A stretch of 45,740 nucleotides of DNA from Octopus bimaculoides (GCF_001194135.2 NC_068986.1:91989856-92035595); one strand, 5' to 3'; numbered from the stretch's first letter, positions 25,736 through 36,702 are shown. The notes: generated by a model not told the origin, from the letters alone. Numbers and translations: made by a program.

Positions 25736-25965
25736 NNNNNNNNNNNNNNNNNNNNNNNNNNNNNNNNNNNNNNNNNNNNNNNNNNNNNNNNNNNNNNNNN
25801 NNNNNNNNNNNNNNNNNNNNNNNNNNNNNNNNNNNNNNNNNNNNNNNNNNNNNNNNNNNNNNNNNNNNNNNNNNNNNNNNNNNNNNNNNNNNNNNNNNNN
25901 NNNNNNNNNNNNNNNNNNNNNNNNNNNNNNNNNNNNNNNNNNNNNNNNNNNNNNNNNNNNNNNTA

Positions 25966-26351
25966 TATACTCTTTTACTCTTTTCACTCATTTGATTGTG
26001 GCCATGCTGGAGCACCGCCTAGGGAGGAAATCGACCCTAGGACTTATTCTTTGTAAGCCTAGTACTTATTCTATCGGTCTCTTTTGCCAAACCGCTAAGT
26101 TACGAGGAAGTAAACACACCAGCATCGATTGTCAAGGACAAATGTTGTGGGGGACAAATACAGACACACAAACACCCACATATATGTACATATACATATA
26201 TACGACGGGCTTCTTTCAGTTTCTGTCTACCAAATCCACTCACAAGGCTTTGGTCGGCCTGAGGCTATAGTAGAAGACATTTGCCCAAGTTACCATGCAG
26301 TGGGACTGAACCCGGAATCATGTGGTTGGTAAGCAAGCTACTTACCACACT
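25966..26351 (-). mobile_element. Family A SINE
   Basis: Near full-length match to other copies. Confidence 0.85.
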
Positions 26352-27047
26352 TGTTAGCTGCCTACACTTTTTTCTGCAAAATAGGGGTAGTTTATCCTGT
26401 TCAGGCTATATTATTTGCTTTATCCTGCGTTTGAGAACTTAAAATCACTTCTTTAACTTTATAAGACATCTTGACGCTTCTAAAAGCAAACTTCGTTTGT
26501 TTATGTTTATTGTAATTTGAATTTAACATAATATTATGTATAGAGCACAAATAGTCTATACTGTACAGAACAAGGTGGAAATATCTGATATATACTTGCA
26601 AATGGTTTACATAACAAAAAATGATTTATGAGATTGCCCAAATTAGGACAATGAATAATGAACCTGTGTAAGCAAATTGTTATGATACCTGTGTAAATAA
26701 ATACTTCACAGAAATACATAGAATTATTCTATTATCCAAAATGAATTTGTAAGACTGCTCAATAGGAATGTAAAATATCATGTTTAGCATGATTAATTAG
26801 CTAAAAGGAAGAGATACTCAAAAACAAAATCTAGTTTCATAGACATGAGATATCTATCATTAATACCCAGTTTAAAGTTTTCCCATAAAGTATGGCAATT
26901 CATGCTGTCTGACTGTAGGCAGCCTCACACAAATTATAAATCTTTTACTATTTTCCACTGATGCAGTCTTCCTTATACTTTGGCATGTATTTAATTGCCA
27001 GAAACATGCTTACCAGTGGACTGGATATTGAAAAAGTAGATAGCTTG

Positions 27048-27491
27048 TTTCTTATTTCTTCACCACCCACAAGGGGCTAAACATAGAGGGGACAAACAAG
27101 GACAGACAAATGAACTAACTTGATTACATCGACCCCAGTGTATAACTGGTACTTAATTTATCGACCCCGAAAGGATGAAAGGCAAAGTCGACCTCGGCAG
27201 AATTTGAACTCAGAACGTAGCGGCAGATGAAATACCGCTAAGCATTTCGCCTGGTGTGCTAACGTTTCTTATTTCATTATTGCCCACACTGGGCTAAACA
27301 TAGAGGGGACAAACAAGAACAGACAAATGGACTAAGTCGATTACATTGACCCCAGTGCGTAACTGGTACTTATTTTATCAACCCGAAAGGATGAAAGGCA
27401 AAGTTGACATCAGCAGAATTTGAACTCAGAACGTAACGGCAGATGAAATACCGCTAAGCATTTCGCCAGGCATGCTAACGTTTCTGCCAGT
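27048..27491 (-). mobile_element. Family D SINE head-to-tail dimer (tRNA-like head, Deu/Nin-like central domain)
   Basis: Two ~220-bp units; reverse complement contains GAGTTCAAATTC B box and GAGGTCGACTTTGCCTTTCATCCTTTCGGGGTCGATAAA. Confidence 0.8.
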
Positions 27492-27517
27492 AGATATCTT
27501 GTTTCTGTGGAACTGGA

Positions 27518-27760
27518 TTGGTAACAAATTTTCTTTCCACATGAAAGTTAGATTGTATGACACTTGTAGATGAAGTGTGATACTGCATGGTAGTGAAACA
27601 TGGATAATGAATGTGGGCAATAAGCAAACCAGCTGTTGCTGTGAATGTTTCTGATTTATCTCAACCTTGTTCTGCATGTCTGATAAAATGAGGTGAGCAT
27701 ACACCCCTACATGTGTAGTGTCAGTGTGCATGAATGATGGAGTCCAAATGAGCTGACAGA
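27518..27760 (+). mobile_element. RTE LINE reverse-transcriptase (thumb region) fragment
   Basis: FSFHMKVRLYDTCR*SVILHGSETW matches the RTE motif KxRLYxxCVRxxxLHGSETW. Confidence 0.7.
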
Positions 27761-28188
27761 GAAAAAAACTGAATATAACAGTGAATCATATATTTGCAAT
27801 GGTATGAATATATGAGCAAAAGCAAAAAAAAACCCCATAAAAACACCCCTTCTTCAAATCACAGGAGGGATATGTTTTAACAAAGGTGTTATTAGTCTAA
27901 CACTTGAAAGGGAAGGGAATGAGTTTTTAATGTTTCAAATGCTAGTCCTTCAACAGAAAAATGAGAAAGGAGGAATGGTGATGGAAAGAAGAAGAGGGAG
28001 GAGAAGAAGTGTAAAGGAAAAGAGAGAGAGAGAGAGAGAAAGGGGTAGGAAGAAAGAGATAAGTGGTCACAGATTAGGTGCAAAGTAGAGAACATTGAAA
28101 ATGTCCACACATATCATCTCTCCTGTTTATATCTATTTCTGTTTTGTTCTTTTTTCCCTCCTACACACATTACTACACACAATGTAAT

Positions 28189-28565
28189 GTTGTTGTTGTT
28201 GTTGGCACTCTGTCGCTTACGACGTCGAGGATTCCAGTTGATCCGATCAACGGAACAGCCTGCTCGTGAAATTAACGTGCAAGTGGCTGAGCACTCCACA
28301 GACACGTGTACCCTTAATGTAGTTCTCGGGGATATTCAGCGTGACACAGTCTGACAAGGCTCACCCTTTGAATTACAGGCACAACAGAAACAGGAAGTAA
28401 GAGTGAGAGAAAGTTGTGGTGAAAGAGTACAGCAGGGTTCGCCACCATCCCCTGCCGGAGCCTCGTGGAGCTTTAGGTGTTTTCGCTCAATAAACACTCA
28501 CAACGCCCGGTCTGGGAATCGAAACCGCGAGTCCGCTGCCCTAACCACTGGGCCATTGCCCCTCC
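28189..28565 (-). mobile_element. Family C tRNA-derived SINE
   Basis: Reverse complement of 24532-24915, roughly 90% identical by eye; (CAA)n tail. Confidence 0.85.
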
Positions 28566-28600
28566 ACATACATACATATACTACACACATATATAAACTA

Positions 28601-28647
28601 CTCTGCCTTCTCCTTTTAATCTGTTATCTGCTTCATTTTCTTTGCAG
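28601..28647 (+). promoter_or_regulatory. 3' splice acceptor (polypyrimidine tract + CAG) of the MMAB last intron
   Basis: ctctgccttctccttttaatctgttatctgcttcattttctttgcag immediately precedes the in-frame MMAB homology. Confidence 0.8.
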
Positions 28648-28735
28648 ACTTAGTGATTTCCTGTTCACCGTTGCCAGGTACACCTGTATGAAAGAGGGAG
28701 GAGAAGAGACCATTTACAAAAGGCCTGTTTCGTGA
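28648..28735 (+). CDS. MMAB: Terminal coding exon of corrinoid (cob(I)alamin) adenosyltransferase, mitochondrial (PduO-type ATR)
   Basis: After the pyrimidine tract and TTTGCAG| the frame reads (AG)A CTT AGT GAT... = (R)LSDFLFTVARYTCMKEGGEETIYKRPVS*. This matches the PduO/MMAB C-terminal signature (L)NRLSDxLFxxARY and, as I recall it, the human C-terminus [24 protein letters not shown]. The intron is phase 2 within the Arg codon, which is also my recollection for the last human MMAB intron. The upstream part of ORF 28403-28735 is SINE or intron read-through. Confidence 0.88.
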
Positions 28736-28991
28736 CACTTACACCATACTGCACTGCACTTGAATTGTGCAGTGCATTGTTTCAAGACAGATGCACCATG
28801 TGCTGCTACAAAATTATTTCTTCTGGTGCATCACAGAGTTTATCTATTTTATTTTTCTCTTCATCTGTTTGGCAATGCTGTACACATCCTTGACAACTAT
28901 GTCAAATATTAGGTTTGTTTCAAAGGTTGACCCTCTCTCCATGACCATCACTTTGAGTCAATTTATGAATTAATATAGAAAAAAAAACAAC

Positions 28992-28997
28992 AATAAA
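28992..28997 (+). terminator. Candidate polyadenylation signal AATAAA for MMAB (second candidate at 29054-29059)
   Basis: First AATAAA hexamers about 260 and 320 nt after the stop codon; the A-rich context makes this uncertain. Confidence 0.4.
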
Positions 28998-29146
28998 AAG
29001 ACAATCCACTAAATTTTCTGCTATCATTTACCATCATTTTGAAGCAATATATGAATAAAAAAAAACACTAAATTTCCTGCTGGAAATCTAGATATAGGAT
29101 TCCCTGAAGCCAAATCTTTGTTGATTTGACAGTGGTAGTGATGAAG

Positions 29147-29209
<63 letters not shown>

Positions 29210-29210
29210 T

Positions 29211-29762
29211 GTCCTGATGCAGTACCAGGCAGTGGCTCTCATGGCTTCTGATCTCAACTGATTTGAAGTGTTATGTACATTGTTTTGTCTTGGTATAAAA
29301 GATGGGCTACAGCAAACATTCTGCTCAATACCACAGATTTGCTTGCCAGTTGTTTGACCATAACCATTTGAGTATGTCCCTTGGTGGCTGATGATATATG
29401 CATCTCTGATCACAAGCAGAAGTAGTGGGGGAACATTGTAGCCATGTATGTGAGAGGAGTTCTTTGGGGTTTGGATAATTCATGTCTGGAAACAGGGGTG
29501 TTTCGTTCAACATCCTGAAACAACCCTTATACAGGGACCTTTTGAACAGAATGGGCTACTCGACCTGATGAAAATTCTATCTGGGCCCCACCTTCGAGGC
29601 CATGCACTGTTTATCTTGATATGAGATCACCATGTCGTGCACATATGATTGTGATGCATGTGCCTGGTATACCCTTATCAGATGGGTTGTCATGATGGGT
29701 ATACTAGGCTTTGTATATTTTACCCCTGTTTCACTTTGATGGCATGCACTGCTCTCTCACTC
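29211..29762 (+). mobile_element. Unclassified ~550-bp interspersed repeat ('family E') embedded in (TAA)n
   Basis: Second copy at 45119-45625. Flanked by (TAA)n at 29147-29208 and (AAT)n at 29763-29783. A 30-nt 3'-end fragment also lies at about 40105-40135. Confidence 0.75.
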
Positions 29763-30060
29763 AATAATAATAATAATAATAATGAGGAGGTAGAGGGATT
29801 ATGTTGATGGTATTAATGGTGGTGATTATGATAACAATGACAGTGATGGTGATGACAAGGATGGCAATGATGATGAGGAGGAACAAAGTAGGAGTAGTAG
29901 AAGGAGGGAGATGAGGATGAAGAGGATTGTGATAATTCCCCACTTAGGCACAAGGCTACAAATCCTTACAAAGGATACAGCTTGAGTAAATTGACCCCTG
30001 CACTTCAGTGGGTATTTTATTCTGTAGAACCTCCCATATGGAAAATAAAAATTATGTTAA

Positions 30061-30300
30061 CCCCCTCACTCTGAAATTAAATTTAATGGCTATTTCAGAT
30101 GTTAAATATCTTCCAAAAAATAGAATTGCTATTTCCTGCAAGTCACATTGCCTCAATAAATCTGACAAATCTCATCAGAAAATAGTTTCAGACATGACAT
30201 TCTTCAACGAAAGATGGATTGATATATAAAACAGCTTTCTGCTGTTAAGGGTAATGACATTTTGAGTGCATATATCTGTCCGATTTCTGTAGTAAAAGGG
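30061..30300. mobile_element. piggyBac-type MITE
   Basis: TTAA|CCC...GGG|TTAA (TTAA at 30057-30060 and 30301-30304) with imperfect ~17-bp TIRs. Confidence 0.7.
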
Positions 30301-30934
30301 TTAATGATATTTATTATTTGGTTGTGAGGATAATTAATTAGGCAGTGCCACCCCAGTATTTGACTGGTAAATTTGTTTATAAAACTCTACATAACAGAAA
30401 GAAAGTATAGCGGCAGCAGCAACAACATTAGTAATAATAATAATTTCTTTTGTTGTCATCACCACCACTACTGCTGCTGCCGTTGCCACCACCACCACCA
30501 CCACCACCACCACCGCTGCCGCGGACTTTTTTTTCTCAATATTCAATTTCTGTACATCCAGTTTCCAACACTTAACTCATAGTACCGTGGTTGGCCCAGG
30601 GCTATAGCAGAAGACATTTGCTCAAAATGAATTTTTTTTTTTTTTTTTGAGTTTGCTTTATATTCTTACAAAAGGTTAAATTAAATTTCTTCGCTAATAT
30701 CTAAAATATTTATATTAAAAATAAAATAAATTTACAATTATGTATCATTGCAATTCTAAAAAACATATGTTAAATAACATGATTGTGTATAATTAATTAA
30801 ACTGATTGTTTGTTATAAATGACTTCACATCATTCTTGAAATGTTTCTGTTCTTATTTTACATCACTATTAAGGCTTAAAGGTTTCCAAAGGAGCAATTA
30901 CTGGTTCATTGTGTTTCTGATTTCGATGATGAAT

Positions 30935-31236
30935 GGGCCTCATGGAAGCAGTGACAGGTGACCGTCAACTTTGGCAACATACTATGCTTGAGTTGACATG
31001 TCAAGCCAAGTGAGACCATAGTCATGGCTGTTACCAGTGCAAGTCATTGACACCCATGCTGGTAGCACATAAAAAGCACCAACTACACTCTTGGAGTGGT
31101 TGGCATTAGGAAGGGCGTCCAGCTGTAGAAACCTTACTAAATCAGACAGGAACCTGCCACAGCTCCCCAGCTTACCAGTTTTCGGTCAAACCGTCCAACC
31201 CATGCCAGCAAGGAAAACGGACGTTAAATGATGATG
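30935..31236 (+). mobile_element. RTE-clade LINE 3' end
   Basis: GLMEAVTGDRQLWQHTMLE..* directly followed by the family-B 3'UTR and an (ATG)n tail. Confidence 0.7.
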
Positions 31237-31839
31237 AAAATGTTGAGGGAGTCTCTGAAAAAATATTTTTAGTTTTATTTTATTTTTCATGTTGTTTACA
31301 TCTTTCACCAATACTCCTCATTGAAAGATATACATACATGTGCATGTACCACATATATGCACACACAAACATGTGTCTTATACAAACACACACATTAACG
31401 AGCTTCTGCTCAGTTTCTGTCTACTTGCATGATATTAGTCAACTTGAAGCTATATTAAAGGACAATATCAATGTTGTGCATTGATATTGAAACCAGCACC
31501 TTGTGGTTGTGGAGCAAACTTCTTATCCTCACTGCCATACCTTTACCTAGTTAAAAAGAAAAGTCTTCTTGCTGTTTAGTTCCAGCATTGGGTGAACAAA
31601 CCATTGTTCATTAAATGTTTTATTAATCAACTGTTATAAAAATATACTTGAGTGAATAAACCTTGGATGTACAAAATTTTGTTTAGTAAACAGAAAGTGA
31701 ACAAAACTGGTTAGCAAAATTTTGTTCATTAAATGTTCACTGGATGATCCTTGGAGAATACAAACCTTAGGGGTAAAACTCCTTGTATTCGAGGAATGCT
31801 TGAATTTGCGTTTGGCACTGGTGGTTTGTATTGGTGAAG

Positions 31840-32040
31840 ACATCCATTTGAGGTCTGGCACAATAGAGGAAGAGAGCTATGTACCAGGAGTTGGTGTAAG
31901 AGTGCTCCAATGATGAGTGGAAAAACGAAGGGTGGCAGTTGATGGTTTGCAGGTGATACCCTGAGTAAAGCCTGTTAAACCCTGGGCATTACAGAGGAGC
32001 ATCAAGAACAATATAGAGGCAGCTGAGAGAGCATCTAAGT
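31840..32040 (+). mobile_element. Decayed Hero-like (RLE-bearing non-LTR retrotransposon) C-terminal fragment
   Basis: *RKRAMYQELV*EC.. and ..SIKNNIEAAERAS resemble my recollection of Hero C-termini (ERKRAKYQELV...AAExAS); frameshifted. Confidence 0.5.
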
Positions 32041-32286
32041 CAGTGCTTCTCAAATGGGGTCCACATAGCCCTTGGGTGTCCTTATAAGATTTTGTTGTTT
32101 AAATCTGTGCAATAAATTGCTTCTACAATGCACAAAATAATTTAACAATCTTTTAAATACAATTCTTAATAATATTTAATTATGAAAATTTGATAGGATT
32201 TTTAAAACAGAATGGGTATAAGAGTCCAGTTGAGTAAAATCGGAATCATGGAGAACAATAGTAAAAAAACTGGTTGAGAACCACTG
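32041..32286. mobile_element. hAT/Charlie-like MITE
   Basis: TIRs CAGTGCTTCTCAA / TTGAGAACCACTG (12/13 match); degenerate 8-bp flanks ATCTAAGT / ATTCTAGT; AT-rich interior. Confidence 0.7.
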
Positions 32287-32488
32287 ATTCTAGTTGAAGG
32301 TGCAATGCAATGGGACTGAACTCGGATCCATGAGGTTGGGAAGCAAGCTTCTTACCATGCAGCCACTCCTGCACCTATATGTCAACAGGCAATAAAGAAA
32401 AATGAACAAAAATATGAGGAACAAAACCTCATCTTTTAATTGATGAATAAAATTTTTAATAAACATTTAAATGCCTGAGATGTGTATA

Positions 32489-32712
32489 TGCTTTTCTCGT
32501 GGCACCAACGCTCCAGTTCTGGTGCCGCGAGAAAAGCACCTAGTGCACTCTGTAACGTAGTGGACGTTAAGCAAAGTATCTATCCGTAGAAATCATGCTA
32601 AAACTGAGACACTGTATCTAGAAGTGGTTCTCCAATCCATTGGCTCTTGTCAAGACGTCCAACTCATACTAGTAAGGAAAATGGGCGTAAAAGGATGTTG
32701 ACGGTGATGAAT
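32489..32712 (+). mobile_element. Diverged family B copy with a 5' foldback hairpin
   Basis: GAGAAAAGCACC motif, degenerate core and GAT tail; 19-bp inverted repeat at its 5' end. Confidence 0.55.
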
Positions 32713-33174
32713 TTTCAGTGTTAGAAATGAGGCTAATTATCTGACAAATTATATATAAAAGAAATAAAATAAAAAATCCTGAGATAGATTTGATTTCTGG
32801 CAGAGAAATTGAGTAGAGTCTTTTGTATGTTTTTATTTTTTGCTGTTTAGCCTGTTCACAGGTTTAAGGGGAAAAAAAGAAAAGATAGAGAAAAACCCTT
32901 ATCAACATTGGTCAGTCATCACAAAGATCCCTCAATTAAATGATATGGGGGTTTTATTCTTCGGTGGAGGAGTATTTTTTTGTTTATTCTTCATTGCCTG
33001 TTGATATATTTTGTTTGTGTCAGGTGTCCACGTTATTCTATGTCCTTTTCATCATCATCGTCATTGACTTTGTCGTCACTATCAACATCGTCATCGTCAT
33101 CATTATTGCCATGGTGATCATCACCATCGTCGTCGTCGGCGTTATCGCTGTAGTTGTCATCGTCCTTTTCATCA

Positions 33175-33180
<6 letters not shown>

Positions 33181-33250
<70 letters not shown>
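33181..33250. repeat. Perfect (TCG)23 microsatellite
   Basis: Direct reading. Confidence 0.95.
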
Positions 33251-33747
33251 GGCGTAAATTATCGTAAATTATCGACTGGTGTTCCAACTGAGATTAACAA
33301 GGATTAATGGTGAAATTTTAGCTCCCGAGGGAAAAAAATAATTCTGAAACTGTTTTACTCTTCTCCATATTTCTTGTTTGTTTCCTTCTCTCTGTCCCTC
33401 TATCTCCATCTCTTTCTCCCTCCTCCCCTCTTTCTCTCCCACCATGGGGGATTGTCACAAATTAGAGCAAAGCTTCATACAAACATTAATATCAGTGAGC
33501 GGAATCCTTAATGTGAATGGGTGTATGTCATCATAACATCCACAATTTTGGCAGCTGCTGCTACTGTTGTTGTTGTTGTTGTTGTTGTTGTTATCGGAGT
33601 TAATCAGGGTACGACAGACGAACGAATTAGGGTGAGTAGTGTCAAGAGAAGCATTTATCTTAAGAGTTTGGGAATATATGAGCAATATCCTGCACATTTT
33701 TTAAGTATATTTCAAACTCAAAATTTTGTTTTAACCATTTACATTGC

Positions 33748-33847
<100 letters not shown>

Positions 33848-33977
33848 ATGTCTGTCTATCTCTTTACCTCTCTCACTCCCTGCCTGCCTACTGCTCCCTC
33901 CCTTCCCCCTTCCTGCACACATACATACATACATGCATACATTCATACACACCTGTGTATATAAACGTGTGTGCGTG

Positions 33978-34068
33978 TGTGCTGTGTGGTAAGAAGTTTG
34001 CTTCCCTACCACACGTTTCCGGGTTCAGTCCCACTGTGTGGTGTCTTGGACTAGTGTCTTCTACTATA
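33978..34068 (+). mobile_element. Family A SINE head fragment (other fragments at about 30575-30625, 31390-31550, 32293-32378, 38630-38704, 39745-39800)
   Basis: GCTGTGTGGTAAGAAG..GGGTTCAGTCCCACTG. Confidence 0.6.
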
Positions 34069-34149
34069 AGCAGTAGTACATAAACATGTGTATACGCGCG
34101 TACACACTCGCATACGCACATACATATATGTATATACGCCCTGCTATCT

Positions 34150-34500
34150 TTATCACCCACTTACTCCTGTGACAGTCATGTTGACAAAGTCCTCAGAACA
34201 TCCTCCAGAGAGTTTTATTAGAAGCAACCGTCAACGAATGATCTGGCTGAAGCTTCACTTAGATCTTCTGAAGGTATGGACATTATCCAGTAATCTCACT
34301 CGTAGTTTACCTCTAGATTTCCCTGCCAGTTAACCTCGTCTATAAAATCTTCTCTGAGACATTCTATCCCTATGCTTGTATTACTGGATTTCTTGATCTC
34401 TGAATCACGCACCCTATCAAGTAGCATTAGCTCCAGTGGCCATTCAGACGAACCCCATTTCGGACCCTTGCATCCTTGATCATACTCTTTAGATTCATCA
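34150..34500 (-). mobile_element. RTE LINE C-terminal fragment
   Basis: Minus strand pieces MQGSEMGF, LLDRVRDSEI and RGKLRVRLLDNVH (RTE motifs AEMGFLRR, LxDRVRxSEIR, RGRPRxRWLD); frameshifted. Confidence 0.6.
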
Positions 34501-34507
34501 CCACAGA

Positions 34508-34850
34508 TACAAGGATGGCTGTGTGGTTGAGAAACTCACTTTGTAACCACGTGGTTAAGGGTTAAGTCCCAATTGCGCAGCAACTTGAGTAAGCGTTTTC
34601 TACTATAGCCCCGGGTCGACCAATACTTTGTGAGCGAATTTGGGAGACGGAAACTGCGAGGAAGATCATTATGTGTGTGTGTGTGTGTGCATCTGCGTCT
34701 TTTTGTTGTGTTTGTTTCCCTTCACTGCTTCAGAAACCGGATTTGTTTTGGTTTGTTTACGCGTCCCTCTAACTTAGCCGTTCGATAAAGTGGCTGATGG
34801 AATAAATACAGACTCAGATACAAGTGCTAGTGTCGATAGGCACGAAAAAC
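34508..34850 (+). mobile_element. Family A SINE (diverged)
   Basis: Head, core, TG repeat and partial tail. Confidence 0.65.
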
Positions 34851-35284
34851 CGAACTGAAGATTGTGAGTTTGTTTTCCTTTCACTCACCTCTTTCCTTCT
34901 GGTGATTAAGTGCTGAAGTTGGCGCATCATTAAACCAGTTCCAGCAATTCTTGCATCTAATTCTGTTTCCTACCTCCCATCACTCATAAAAAACAGTTCC
35001 TAAATACTTGAATGTTTTCCATTTCTTCCATTGTAATTCCACTAACATGCAACGCTCCATAGTGCAACTTAGTTGAAATAATGCTGTTAGTAACTAAAGA
35101 AGTGCAAGTTTGCGTAATTTGACATGATTGAGCTTTTATCTTCTCCGAAATTTTTCTCATCAGTATTTTGATATGTGAAAAGAAATACTGTTCTGTAACT
35201 GATACAAATATATATAACATATCAAGTCAGGAGAACATTACTTCTTGATAAATGCTCTACCTGAGTAAAGAATGGCAGCTTTAA

Positions 35285-35527
35285 GGTGGCGAGCTGGTAG
35301 AATCGTTAGTACGCCAGGCAAAATGCTTTACTCTTTTACTTGTTTCAGTCATTTGACTGCGACCATGCTGGAGCACCGCCTTTAGTCGAGAAAATCGACC
35401 CAAGACTTATTCTTTGTAAGCCTAGTACTTATTCTATCGGTCTCTTTTGTCGAACTGCTAAATTACGGGGACGTAAACACACCAGCATCGGTTGTCAAGC
35501 GACATTGGGGGACAAACACAGACACAC

Positions 35528-35567
<40 letters not shown>

Positions 35568-35945
35568 NNNNNNNNNNNNNNNNNNNNNNNNNNNNNNNNN
35601 NNNNNNNNNNNNNNNNNNNNNNNNNNNNNNNCTTTCAGTTTCCGTCTACCAAATCCACTCAGAAGGCTTTGGTCGGCCCGAAACTATAGTAGAAGACACT
35701 TGCCCAAGGTGCCACGCAGTGGGACTGAACCCGAAACCATGCGGTTCGTAAGCAAGCTACTTGCCACACAGCCACTCCTAATAGTTTTTCGTCCATCTTT
35801 AGATTCGCACTTCAAATTCCACCGAGGTCGACTTTGCCTTTCGTCCTTTCGGAGTCGATAAAATAAGCACTACTCAAGCTCTAGAGTCAATGTAAATGAT
35901 TTGCCCCCACCACCGGACTTGCTGGCCAAAATTGGGAACCAGAAT
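35285..35945 (+). mobile_element. Family D-type SINE split by a family A insertion
   Basis: GGTGGCGAGCTGGTAGAATCGTTAG..AAAATGCTT | ... | TTCAAATTCCACCGAGGTCGACTTTGCCTTTCGTCC. Confidence 0.75.
35329..35779 (-). mobile_element. Family A SINE nested inside a family D SINE
   Basis: D head at 35285-35328 resumes at 35780. Confidence 0.85.
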
Positions 35946-36249
35946 TAACAACAACTTTGATGCATGATTTCTTTTGCTTATGTGAAGATTTGCGAAATAG
36001 ACTGGTCCTTATATTTTAAACAATAATAAAATAAGAAGAAAACATGTATGTGGGGGGGGGGGCACCAGGAGAGATCAGCAGTGATTGTGAGATTCAGCAT
36101 TTGTTACAACTTCGAGGATTTTAATTGTGTTGTCCCAAAGTAAAGAGAGGAAGTTACGAGACTGTTTTTCCTTTGTTTGAACACTAATTGTATTTTACCT
36201 GTGTTGTTAAAAGAGCCAAGATTGACTAGAACGTTCATGGATGTAATGT

Positions 36250-36702
36250 ATGTTTGACATTAGAGTACCTATACTGCATCGGGGAGTGGAGTGTCTGTGA
36301 GTGGGGGATAAAGAGGAGTGAAGAATGGTAGCATCTGCAGAGAGGTGAGCTTTATTAGAGGCCACAGCAAGCAGGTTATTAGAATTGAGGAACATGACCG
36401 TAAATCAGAAAGGAACATGTCTGCACATGCTATGGTAGTGTCATGTGACAGGAAGTTTCTACACCAAGAAACGAGACAAATGAAGTCTGGAAGCGGACAA
36501 GACATCATTTAAAAGCTTTGATTATGTCGAATGCAACGACATTGCTTTCGTTGAGCATCACAAGATCGAGAAATCACCAGTGAGTGGCGTATTAGAACAG
36601 GCCATGGTAAATACAGCTTTACGAAAGCCATATTGGGGGTCATGACTAGGAGTGTAGCAAAAAAGAAAAAAAAAAGATACTTCTCTGATGACGTGACAGT
36701 TC

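Noticed and set aside
28750-29100. Cobalamin riboswitch in the MMAB 3'UTR
   Set aside because: No B12-box or multi-stem architecture, and such riboswitches are not established in animals
29480-29580. Hammerhead-like words (CTGATGA; CTGAATAAG..CGAAAC on the opposite strand) in family E
   Set aside because: Stems I-III could not be built in the correct register by eye; needs a covariance-model search
31634-31913. Overlapping 63-75 aa ORFs suggesting a host exon
   Set aside because: Better explained by a frameshifted Hero-like LINE remnant in another frame
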